DNA of 63,846 bases, the filler included, from Gemmatimonadota bacterium (GTDB taxonomy: Bacteria; 4572-55; J002), in the NCBI GenBank assembly GCA_003697105.1. It is 5 parts of 5 records of this genome, joined end to end, with 100 filler letters (N's around TTAATTAATTAA, not from the genome) between each part and the next. Parts side by side here need not be neighbours in the genome. Positions count along the whole stretch, not along the records: positions 1 to 11,922 come from RFFQ01000163.1; 4 more parts are not named here. One strand, 5' to 3'. This document shows positions 1 to 7,858 of this stretch, piece by piece. How positions within the stretch are numbered: position 1 is the stretch's first letter; the number at the start of each line of letters is the position of its first letter. The notes beneath the pieces are model-generated. The model worked only from the letters and a program-made list of their open reading frames with translations. It ran no database searches and was not told the origin of the DNA. Both the position numbers and the translations under genes were made by a program.

Positions 1-66
1 AGTTTTACTACTTGCGATTTGGCGCAGCTCGCTCATCACAGATTTGACCAGTTCTTCCACTGCCAT
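1..66 (-). CDS. N-terminus of a small protein, probably GerW/YtfJ family (runs off the window)
   Basis: ATG at 66-64 with GGAGG RBS at 80-76. Translates MAVEELVKSVMSELRQIASSKT, resembling YtfJ-type starts. Only 22 codons visible. Confidence 0.5.
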   Translation of the reverse strand, partial: MAVEELVKSVMSELRQIASSKT

Positions 67-95
67 GCTGACTACCCTCCTTGAAAAAGGATTTG

Positions 96-656
96 TTAAA
101 GAGTTTCAATTTTGATATTGGAGTTGGTGTAAATACAGATTCCCGCGGCAATTTCCAGCGATTGCTGCACCACCTTTTCCACGGAAAGCCGCGTTTTTGC
201 CCGGATGAAGGCTTGTGCCGCCGCTTGAGCATAAGGTCCACCGGAGCCAATCGCCAAAATGCCATCATCCGGTTCGATCACATCGCCATTACCGGAGAGG
301 AGAAAGGCGTGTTGCGTATCCATCACCGCCAGTAGGGCTTCCAACCGCCGCAGAATACGGTCACTGCGCCAATCTTTTGCCAGTTCAACTGCCGCCCGAG
401 GGAGATTTCCGTTAAATTCCTCCAATTTGCCTTCAAAATGTTCGACCAACGCCATGGCATCTGCCGCCCCGCCGGCAAAACCCACCAGTACGGAATCATT
501 ATATAATTTCCGGATTTTGCGGGCGTTGTGTTTCATGATGGTTTCATCAAAACTGACTTGACCATCAGCGCCTAACGCAACTTTGCCATTATAATGAACG
601 CCTAACACTGTTGTGGCACGAACAATAGGTGATTTTTTACGTTTAGTTCGGTACAT
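96..656 (-). CDS. hslV: ATP-dependent protease peptidase subunit HslV
   Basis: ATTVLGV...GADGQV, GFAGGAADA, AAVELAKDWRSDRILRRLEA, AIGSGG, IAAGICIYTN motifs. Confidence 0.97.
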   Translation of the reverse strand: MYRTKRKKSPIVRATTVLGVHYNGKVALGADGQVSFDETIMKHNARKIRKLYNDSVLVGFAGGAADAMALVEHFEGKLEEFNGNLPRAAVELAKDWRSDRILRRLEALLAVMDTQHAFLLSGNGDVIEPDDGILAIGSGGPYAQAAAQAFIRAKTRLSVEKVVQQSLEIAAGICIYTNSNIKIETL

Positions 657-1890
657 ACACGTCCTGTTCTTCTTGCACTTTTTTAATCAATTCGGAAGCC
701 GCTTGGCGGAGTTTTTCCGAACGGTCTTTACCGATATTATCTTGCGTTTCCAGATACATTTTCAGCGCTTGCATCGGTCCCAATTCTTCCGTCAGTTGGG
801 ATTGGCGAATGCGGAACTCCCGTTGGGTAATTTGACGGACAATCGGTGCAACATAATGCGCCGCGTTAAGGGCATCCATGATTTTCTTTTCGTCGATTTG
901 GTGAACACGGTGTTCAGAAATCTCATAAATCAAACGCACCACGGCATCTTTTATCTCGTGATTCTGAATCGCGTCCAAAATTTCTTCTGTCGGATTGCTC
1001 ACATCGGCATCTACCCGAATCGTCAAAAATTTACGGGTTGGAATTTCACGAAATTCGTAAGTGGTTTTACGCGTGCTCAGGTTGACGACCACAAACCCCT
1101 TTTCTTCTTTTTCTTCACTAAAATCGACCCGTTCTATACTCCCACTATAAATCACCGGGGGGTTGCCGCTCGGGTTCAGATTTTGGAATTGGTGGATGTG
1201 CCCTAAAGCGACGTAATCAAATGCGGGTAAAGTCAAATCTGCTAACATTAAGGTCAAATCCTGCCCGATCATGATGTTCTGTTCCGTACTGAGCCGGGCA
1301 TTATTAACGCTGGCGTGGCAGGTCAAGACCGCCGGTATTTTAGGATTCACGTTTTCGGCAAAATTGCGAATAATTTCACTACATTTGCGGCTGATTACAT
1401 CATTTAACTGATCCAGCGTCATGTTTTTGTACTCATCGCGAGTCATGACATGACTTTTGGTCACCCAAGGCAATGCCGCAACTTGTACACTGCCGCTTTT
1501 GGTTTTTATCGTATGAATCTCCGGTTTATCCGCCACGATGACGTTTTCAACCCCTAAGGTGCGAAAAATTTCCAGCGCGGTCGCCCGTCCAGCACTATTG
1601 GGCAGATCATGATTTCCGACCAGCAGGACGACAGGGATTCCGTTTTCCGTCAACCGGCGTATGCACGTGGCAAATTCCCGTTGGTGAGTTTGACTGGGAT
1701 CGCGGGAGCGGTAAGCATCGCCGGCAAAAACCATCAGATCAGCTTTCATTTGAAGCGCTTGATCGATGACATAATTAAATGCATTCCGAAAATCAATTAA
1801 ACGGGTATTGAGCCCTGTCTCAGGGTCAAGCCGTCCGTAATTTTCCATCCCAAAATGAATATCAGCGACATGAACAAGTTTAATGGCCAT
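643..1890 (-). CDS. sbcD: SbcD/Mre11 family nuclease subunit
   Basis: HVADIHFG, AGDAY, VGNHD, DYVALGHIH, YSGSIERVDFSE motifs. Start taken at ATG 1890. Confidence 0.93.
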   Translation of the reverse strand: MAIKLVHVADIHFGMENYGRLDPETGLNTRLIDFRNAFNYVIDQALQMKADLMVFAGDAYRSRDPSQTHQREFATCIRRLTENGIPVVLLVGNHDLPNSAGRATALEIFRTLGVENVIVADKPEIHTIKTKSGSVQVAALPWVTKSHVMTRDEYKNMTLDQLNDVISRKCSEIIRNFAENVNPKIPAVLTCHASVNNARLSTEQNIMIGQDLTLMLADLTLPAFDYVALGHIHQFQNLNPSGNPPVIYSGSIERVDFSEEKEEKGFVVVNLSTRKTTYEFREIPTRKFLTIRVDADVSNPTEEILDAIQNHEIKDAVVRLIYEISEHRVHQIDEKKIMDALNAAHYVAPIVRQITQREFRIRQSQLTEELGPMQALKMYLETQDNIGKDRSEKLRQAASELIKKVQEEQDVYVPN

Positions 1891-1944
1891 AATGTTGTTC
1901 GACTCCAAAAGTCACAAATAGTCTTAGTTTTCAGTTTGTTGTCG

Positions 1945-1973
1945 ATATTACACCGGCGCTGGGGGTTTGTCAA
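1945..1973 (-). promoter_or_regulatory. sigma70-type promoter for sbcD-hslV
   Basis: TTGACA (1973-1968), 17 nt, TAATAT (1950-1945). Confidence 0.65.
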
Positions 1974-2031
1974 CGCTTTTTTAGGTATTATCCGGCATGG
2001 GACATGCCCCGGGACGGCGGTAAATATCTTC

Positions 2032-2060
2032 TTGCGAATCTGCACTATTTATGATACTAT
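2032..2060 (+). promoter_or_regulatory. sigma70-type promoter for galT
   Basis: TTGCGA (2032-2037), 17 nt, TACTAT (2055-2060). Confidence 0.5.
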
Positions 2061-2115
2061 CTCCCCACGAATTTTTGGTTTTCACGGAACGTAGCTGGTA
2101 GAATACAATATCCGA

Positions 2116-3123
2116 ATGATGTCTTCTGAATTTCGCAAAGACCCTATTTTAGACCGCTGGGTGATTATCTCACCGTCACGCAGTGAACGACCGATCCAGT
2201 TTCGGGATGAGGAAGTCCCCCAAGGAGACGCAGATTGCCCGTTCTGCCTGGGGCGAGAAAACGAAACACCCGAGGAAATCTTAGTATACAGTGATGACCC
2301 GCACCGCCAACCCAACACAAGTGGCTGGAAAACACGGGTTGTACCGAACAAATTCCCCGCGCTCTCTAAAGGACAGTTAAAACGGCGAGGGAACGGCATC
2401 TACGACTTCATCAATGGTATCGGGGTTCATGAAGTCCTGATCGAAACACCAGACCATGCCCTTGAGTTAGCGGATTTGCCTATCGACCATGTAGAAGCCG
2501 TTATCTGGACGTATTACTACCGTGCCCGGATGCTACGCGACGACCACCAGTTACGGTACACCATGATCTTCAAAAATAAAGGAGCGGCAGCCGGCGCCTC
2601 ATTAGAACACCCCCACAGCCAACTTATTGCAATGCCCATCGTGCCCAAACGGGTGATGGAAGAATTAGACGGGGCACAACGACACTATCACCAAAAAGAA
2701 CGGTGTATCTACTGTGACATCATCAATCAAGAATTGCAGGATCAGTCCCGCGTCATCATGGAAAACCCCTATTTTGTGGCGTTAGCACCGTTCGCACCGC
2801 GATTCCCGTATGAAACCTGGATTTTACCCAAAGATCATCAAAGCCATTTTGAACAAGACCCGACCCAACGGTATTTGGCAGATTTGGCATCAATCCTGAA
2901 AGAAACCTTGACCCGTATCAACCGACTCTTGCAGTATCCCCCCTATAATTATATGATCCATTCTGCCCCCCTGAATGAACCGGAACTGGCTTACTATCAC
3001 TGGCATCTTGAAATTATTCCCAAACTGGCGAAAGCCGCCGGATTTGAATGGGGCACCGGATTTCATATCAATTCCGTTTCCCCCGAAGATGCCGCCCAAC
3101 GGTTACGGGAAGTCGCTCTGTAA
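2116..3123 (+). CDS. galT: Galactose-1-phosphate uridylyltransferase family (GalT/HIT)
   Basis: RKDPILDRWVII, CPFC, PNKFPAL, GAAAGASLEHPHSQ catalytic motif, AGFEWGTG. Confidence 0.92.
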   Translation: MMSSEFRKDPILDRWVIISPSRSERPIQFRDEEVPQGDADCPFCLGRENETPEEILVYSDDPHRQPNTSGWKTRVVPNKFPALSKGQLKRRGNGIYDFINGIGVHEVLIETPDHALELADLPIDHVEAVIWTYYYRARMLRDDHQLRYTMIFKNKGAAAGASLEHPHSQLIAMPIVPKRVMEELDGAQRHYHQKERCIYCDIINQELQDQSRVIMENPYFVALAPFAPRFPYETWILPKDHQSHFEQDPTQRYLADLASILKETLTRINRLLQYPPYNYMIHSAPLNEPELAYYHWHLEIIPKLAKAAGFEWGTGFHINSVSPEDAAQRLREVAL

Positions 3124-3211
3124 ATTTGGGAAATCAGGGTTGACAGCCGTTTATATCTGTGATACTTTAATCGATGAATATCCACACAACGTTTTGTCGG
3201 GAGATAACCTC

Positions 3212-3766
3212 ATGAAAACCTGCCTCCGGTGTGGTACGGAAGTACCGGTGGGACACTCCTTTTGCGGACAATGCGGTTACTGCTTTGAGCTACCCCTATT
3301 GGCAAACCGGTTGGTAGCAGGTTTCATCCGCTTTCTTAAAAGCATTTCTGGGGTGGCTAGTTTCGTCGCCGGAATATTTACAGATAGTTACGACCTGTTT
3401 TTAGCCAAAAGTGCCGTCCAGCGTTCTCTATTCGGGCGGCAAGATGCAACGCTGCGAGAACTGTTCGGTATGGATACCGTCTTTTTGACCCAAAATGAGC
3501 GAATTTGTGCCTTTTTGGAATGCTGCCTGCGCCACGAAGTCGTGGATGACATCGAACCGTGGACGGCACACAAAATCAGCCCCAAAACATTTATTGTTTC
3601 CTACCGGATCCGCTATGTGGACGGGCGGTATCAAAGCTGGTATTGGGTGGTGAACCTCCGCCGGAAAACGGTTCGTGAAATCACAGAAAACCCGGAAGAA
3701 CTCAAAAAATATCACATCCGCCCAAATGAAGATACCCATATTTTAATCCCTCAATATTCATCTTAA
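3212..3766 (+). CDS. Zinc-ribbon domain protein of unknown function
   Basis: Start MKTCLRCG after GGAG RBS; CxxC...FCxxCG zinc ribbon. Confidence 0.7.
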   Translation: MKTCLRCGTEVPVGHSFCGQCGYCFELPLLANRLVAGFIRFLKSISGVASFVAGIFTDSYDLFLAKSAVQRSLFGRQDATLRELFGMDTVFLTQNERICAFLECCLRHEVVDDIEPWTAHKISPKTFIVSYRIRYVDGRYQSWYWVVNLRRKTVREITENPEELKKYHIRPNEDTHILIPQYSS

Positions 3767-3792
3767 CTTCATGATAAAAAAGGAGCTTTACG

Positions 3793-4881
3793 TTGAAAAT
3801 CGGAATTATCGGACTGCCATTGACGGGCAAAACGACCATTTTTAATGCGCTCACCGGCAGTGACGAAATGACCGCCAATTTTGCCTCCCAAAGTACCGAG
3901 CATCATGTCGGCGTGGTGGAAGTCCCCGACCCCCGTTTTGAGACCTTGGTCAACATGTATGAACCGAAAAAGCAAGTCCCGGCAACCATTGAATTTGTCG
4001 ATGTCGCTGGGATTTCTAAAGGTGCCGGAAAGCAAGGCTTGAGTACGGAAATGGTGCAGTTTATCCGCGATGTGGACGCCCTGTTGCATGTGGTACGGAG
4101 CTTTGAAAATGAATCCGTGCCCCATACCGAGGGTTCCATTGATCCGGCACGTGATATTGAAACAATTGATACGGAGTTGATCCTCAACGACTTGATGTTT
4201 GTCGAAAAACGATTGGAAAAGCTGGAAAAAGACCTGCTCCGGTTACCCAAAGATAAACGTCCACAACTCGAACATGAAAAAAAGGCACTCTTGCGCTTTC
4301 AAACCCAACTGGAAGCCGAAAAACCCTTACGATCACTCGATTTGGACGCGGATGAAGCCAAATGGTGCCGCCAGTATGCGTTGCTCAGTGTCCAACCCAT
4401 GATGATCTTGCTCAATGTGGGGGAAGACCAACTAACCGCTATCGATGACCTCGCACAGCAGTATACCCCCAATGCGGAAACACCGACCATGGCAATCTGT
4501 GGTAAAGTTGAAGCAGAAATCGCCCAATTGGATGATGATGACAAAGCCCTGTTCATGACGGAAATGGGCATCACCGAACCCGGTCTAAATCGTGTGATCC
4601 GGGCATCCTACGACTTGTTAGGTCTGCACTGCTTTTTTACGGTCGGTAAGGATGAAGTCCGGGCGTGGACGATCCGCAAGGGGGATAATGCCGTCACGGC
4701 GGCGGGCAAAATTCACTCGGATTTGGCACGCGGTTTTATCCGGGCAGAAACGGTGGCGTATGAAGACCTCATTCAAGCCGGTTCGTGGGCAAAAACCAAA
4801 GAAGTGGGCACGTTTCGTCTGGAAGGAAAAGAATATATCGTTCAAGATGGGGATATTTTATCCATCCGGTTTAATGTCTAG
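3793..4881 (+). CDS. ychF: Redox-regulated ATPase YchF (Obg family)
   Basis: GIIGLPLTGKTT, EFVDVAG, AAGKIHSDLARGFIRAE, EGKEYIVQDGD; AGGAG RBS before TTG start. Confidence 0.96.
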   Translation: MKIGIIGLPLTGKTTIFNALTGSDEMTANFASQSTEHHVGVVEVPDPRFETLVNMYEPKKQVPATIEFVDVAGISKGAGKQGLSTEMVQFIRDVDALLHVVRSFENESVPHTEGSIDPARDIETIDTELILNDLMFVEKRLEKLEKDLLRLPKDKRPQLEHEKKALLRFQTQLEAEKPLRSLDLDADEAKWCRQYALLSVQPMMILLNVGEDQLTAIDDLAQQYTPNAETPTMAICGKVEAEIAQLDDDDKALFMTEMGITEPGLNRVIRASYDLLGLHCFFTVGKDEVRAWTIRKGDNAVTAAGKIHSDLARGFIRAETVAYEDLIQAGSWAKTKEVGTFRLEGKEYIVQDGDILSIRFNV

Positions 4882-4893
4882 CAGGTTCAAACC

Positions 4894-6147
4894 ATGAAAG
4901 ATGCAACGCTCATTATTTACAACGCGAATGAAGTCTGCACCCTTGATAATGGGGGTCAAGGTCTCCGGACTGGGGCAGCAATGGACAACCTAAATGTGAT
5001 TGAGAAGGGCGCAATTGCCCTTGTAGAGGATGTCATCGTAGGCGTCGGTACCACGGAAGAAATTTTGGATAGCTTCCGGGCAGAGACCCAAATCGATGGT
5101 ACCGGCACGGTTCTCATGCCCGGCTTTGTCGATCCCCATACGCATGTGGTCTTCGCCGGATCGCGGGAGCATGAGTTTGAGATGCGCCTGCGGGGGGAAT
5201 CTTACATGGAAATTGCCGCCGCCGGCGGTGGAATTCGCTCCTCCATGCGGGCAACCCGAGCGGCATCGGTTACCCAGCTAATTGAGGAATCCATACCCCG
5301 GTTGAACCGGATGCTGGCGTGGGGCACTACCACTATCGAAGCAAAAAGCGGCTACGGGTTAGAACTAGAGACCGAACTCCGCCAGTTGGAAGCGATTCGG
5401 GAACTCCACAAACAACATGAAATCGATCTGGTGCCCACCTTCTTGGGAGCCCATGAAATCCCCGATGAATATCGGGACCATGTCGATGAATATGTGCGAA
5501 TCGTCATTGAAGAGATGATACCAGCCGTCGTGGAACGGGGTCTGGCGGCATATTGTGATGTCTTTTGTGAGGCGGGCGTTTTTAATATTGACCAATCCCG
5601 CGCCATTTTGCAAGCCGCTAAAGCCGCCGGTTTGAAAGTCCGCCTCCATGCGGATGAGTTTGTCGATTTAGGCGGCGCCATGTTGGCGGCTGAATTGCAA
5701 GCCATCTCCGCGGATCATCTGCTCGCCATTTCCGATGAAGGAATTCAGGCAATGCAGGAGGCGGGTGTCATTGCCACCTTACTGCCGGGCACTACCTTCA
5801 GTCTGGGTAAAAAAGAGTACGCCCCCGCACGGAAAATGATCGACGCCGGACTCCCCATCGCCTTGGCTACGGATTGCAATCCGGGAAGTTGTTATACGGA
5901 ATCCATGCAAATCATTATCGCTTTGGCATGCACCCAAATGCGGATGACTCCGGCAGAAGCGATCACTGCCAGTACCCTCAATGCCGCTCATGCGCTGGAA
6001 CTGGGGGATCATATCGGCAGTTTAAGTGTGGGCAAACAAGCAGATATCGTGGTTTTTGATATGCCCAGCTACCGCACTCTGCCGTATCACTTTGGCGTAA
6101 ATCACGTCCGTTTCGTGATTAAACGGGGCGAGGTTATCACGGTTTAG
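4894..6147 (+). CDS. hutI: Imidazolonepropionase
   Basis: PGFVDPHTHVVF, AAAGGGI, GTTTIEAKSGYGL, FLGAH, LHADE, ALATDCNPG. Confidence 0.97.
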   Translation: MKDATLIIYNANEVCTLDNGGQGLRTGAAMDNLNVIEKGAIALVEDVIVGVGTTEEILDSFRAETQIDGTGTVLMPGFVDPHTHVVFAGSREHEFEMRLRGESYMEIAAAGGGIRSSMRATRAASVTQLIEESIPRLNRMLAWGTTTIEAKSGYGLELETELRQLEAIRELHKQHEIDLVPTFLGAHEIPDEYRDHVDEYVRIVIEEMIPAVVERGLAAYCDVFCEAGVFNIDQSRAILQAAKAAGLKVRLHADEFVDLGGAMLAAELQAISADHLLAISDEGIQAMQEAGVIATLLPGTTFSLGKKEYAPARKMIDAGLPIALATDCNPGSCYTESMQIIIALACTQMRMTPAEAITASTLNAAHALELGDHIGSLSVGKQADIVVFDMPSYRTLPYHFGVNHVRFVIKRGEVITV

Positions 6148-6161
6148 GTCATTTTTTTTGC

Positions 6162-6190
6162 TTGATTAAACCCTGTGAAACATGTATTAT
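6162..6190 (+). promoter_or_regulatory. sigma70-type promoter for ftcD
   Basis: TTGATT (6162-6167), 17 nt, TATTAT (6185-6190). Confidence 0.55.
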
Positions 6191-6285
6191 ATAGCTCGAA
6201 AGGGACTTGTGAGTCCGTTTATAAATTCTATCTATTTTATAACTATTTTTTATTTTTTCATCCTTAACGATATGATGGTGAACGA

Positions 6286-7812
6286 ATGGCAAAACTTGTA
6301 GAATGTGTCCCGAATTTTAGCGAGGGACGCCGACCAGAAATTATCGAACAGATTGTAGAAGAAATCCGAAAAGTGGATGATGTCCAACTGCTGGACTACG
6401 AAATGGATGCCAACCATAACCGTGCGGTCGTCACGTTTATTGGTACCCCAGAGGGCGCCAAGATTGCCGCATTTAATGCCTGTAAAAAAGCCGCAGAATT
6501 GATCGATTTAAATCAACATTCTGGAGAGCACCCGCGCATGGGCGCCACCGATGTGATCCCGTTTGTGCCTATCTCCGAAATTACGATGGATGAATGTGTC
6601 GCGCTGGCACACGCTGTGGCGAAAGAAATTGCCGAGAAACTGGATATTCCCACCTATATGTATGAACATGCCGCAACAAAAGTCTCCCGCAAAAAATTAC
6701 CCAATGTTCGGAAAGGGGAATTTGAAGGTCTGCGGGAAGCGATTCAAACAGATCCCAAACGGGCGCCGGATTATGGAAAATGTGAAGTCCACCCCACTGC
6801 GGGAGCGACGGCGGTTGGAGCACGGGAATTTTTGATTGCCTACAATGTGAATCTGGCTACAAAAGATGTGGATATTGCCATGAAAATCGCGAATGCGATT
6901 CGAGGTATTAAAGGGAATCTAAAATATGTCCGTGCCTTGGGATTTGAACTGGAAGATCGAGGCATCACCCAAGTATCGATGAATCTAGTCAATTATAAGC
7001 AAAATCCCATGTATCGCGTGTTTGAAATGATCAAAAGCGAAGCGGAACGCTGGGGAGCACCCATTGTGGGGGGCGAAATCGTCGGGCTGGTACCGATGGA
7101 TGCCTTGATTGATGTCGCCGATTTTTATTTGCGATTAGAGAACTTCGATAAAAATCAGGTGATCGAAAATCAGCTCTTAGCGGGCGGTGCGACCGGTGGA
7201 GGAAAAATGGGACCCACCGCTTTTTTGGATGAGGTGGCGTCGGATTCGCCCGCGCCGGGCGGAGGGAGTGTCGCCTCCTTAGCCGGTGCACTAGGTGCCG
7301 CTTTAACCGCGATGGTCTGTAACCTTACCCGCAAGAAAAAAGCATACAAAGCCGTTAAAGAAGAGATGCTTGCCGTGTTAGGTGAAGCGGAAACCTTGCG
7401 TCACCGGCTGACAGACCTTATTCAAGAAGATGCCGATGCCTTTGATGAAGTAATGGCAGCGTTCAAAATCGCGAAAGATGACCCGGAGCGGGAGGCGGCA
7501 ATCCAAAACGCCTACAAAAAAGCCGCCCAAGTCCCGCTGGAAACAGCACGAACCTGCAAACAGGTGTTGGATTTAGCACGGGTTGTCGCTGAAAAAGGCA
7601 ATGTAAATTCGATCTCTGATGCTGGAGTGGCGGCACTAATGGCACAATCCGGAGTGCGCGGCGCGATCATGAATGTCAAAATCAACCTGACAGAAATTAC
7701 CGATGAAACCTTCAAGGCGGAATTACGCCAGGAACTGGTGGAACTGGAAACAAATACCATCTCCCTTGCAGAGGAAATTCTGGCAATGGTGAATGGTAAA
7801 ATTGAAGGGTAA
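6286..7812 (+). CDS. ftcD: Bifunctional glutamate formiminotransferase / formiminotetrahydrofolate cyclodeaminase
   Basis: LVECVPNFSEGR, GEHPRMGATDVIPFVP, then C-terminal SPAPGGGSVA and GNVNSISDAGVA. Confidence 0.95.
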   Translation: MAKLVECVPNFSEGRRPEIIEQIVEEIRKVDDVQLLDYEMDANHNRAVVTFIGTPEGAKIAAFNACKKAAELIDLNQHSGEHPRMGATDVIPFVPISEITMDECVALAHAVAKEIAEKLDIPTYMYEHAATKVSRKKLPNVRKGEFEGLREAIQTDPKRAPDYGKCEVHPTAGATAVGAREFLIAYNVNLATKDVDIAMKIANAIRGIKGNLKYVRALGFELEDRGITQVSMNLVNYKQNPMYRVFEMIKSEAERWGAPIVGGEIVGLVPMDALIDVADFYLRLENFDKNQVIENQLLAGGATGGGKMGPTAFLDEVASDSPAPGGGSVASLAGALGAALTAMVCNLTRKKKAYKAVKEEMLAVLGEAETLRHRLTDLIQEDADAFDEVMAAFKIAKDDPEREAAIQNAYKKAAQVPLETARTCKQVLDLARVVAEKGNVNSISDAGVAALMAQSGVRGAIMNVKINLTEITDETFKAELRQELVELETNTISLAEEILAMVNGKIEG

Positions 7813-7858
7813 TTTACCGAGTCTCTGCCGGAATGCCGGTGTTGAATTGAGGTGAACC

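Noticed and set aside
1-95. hslU after hslV, and track ORF 8..268
   Set aside because: The RBS-linked frame encodes a different N-terminus; ORF 8..268 is an off-frame overlap of hslV.
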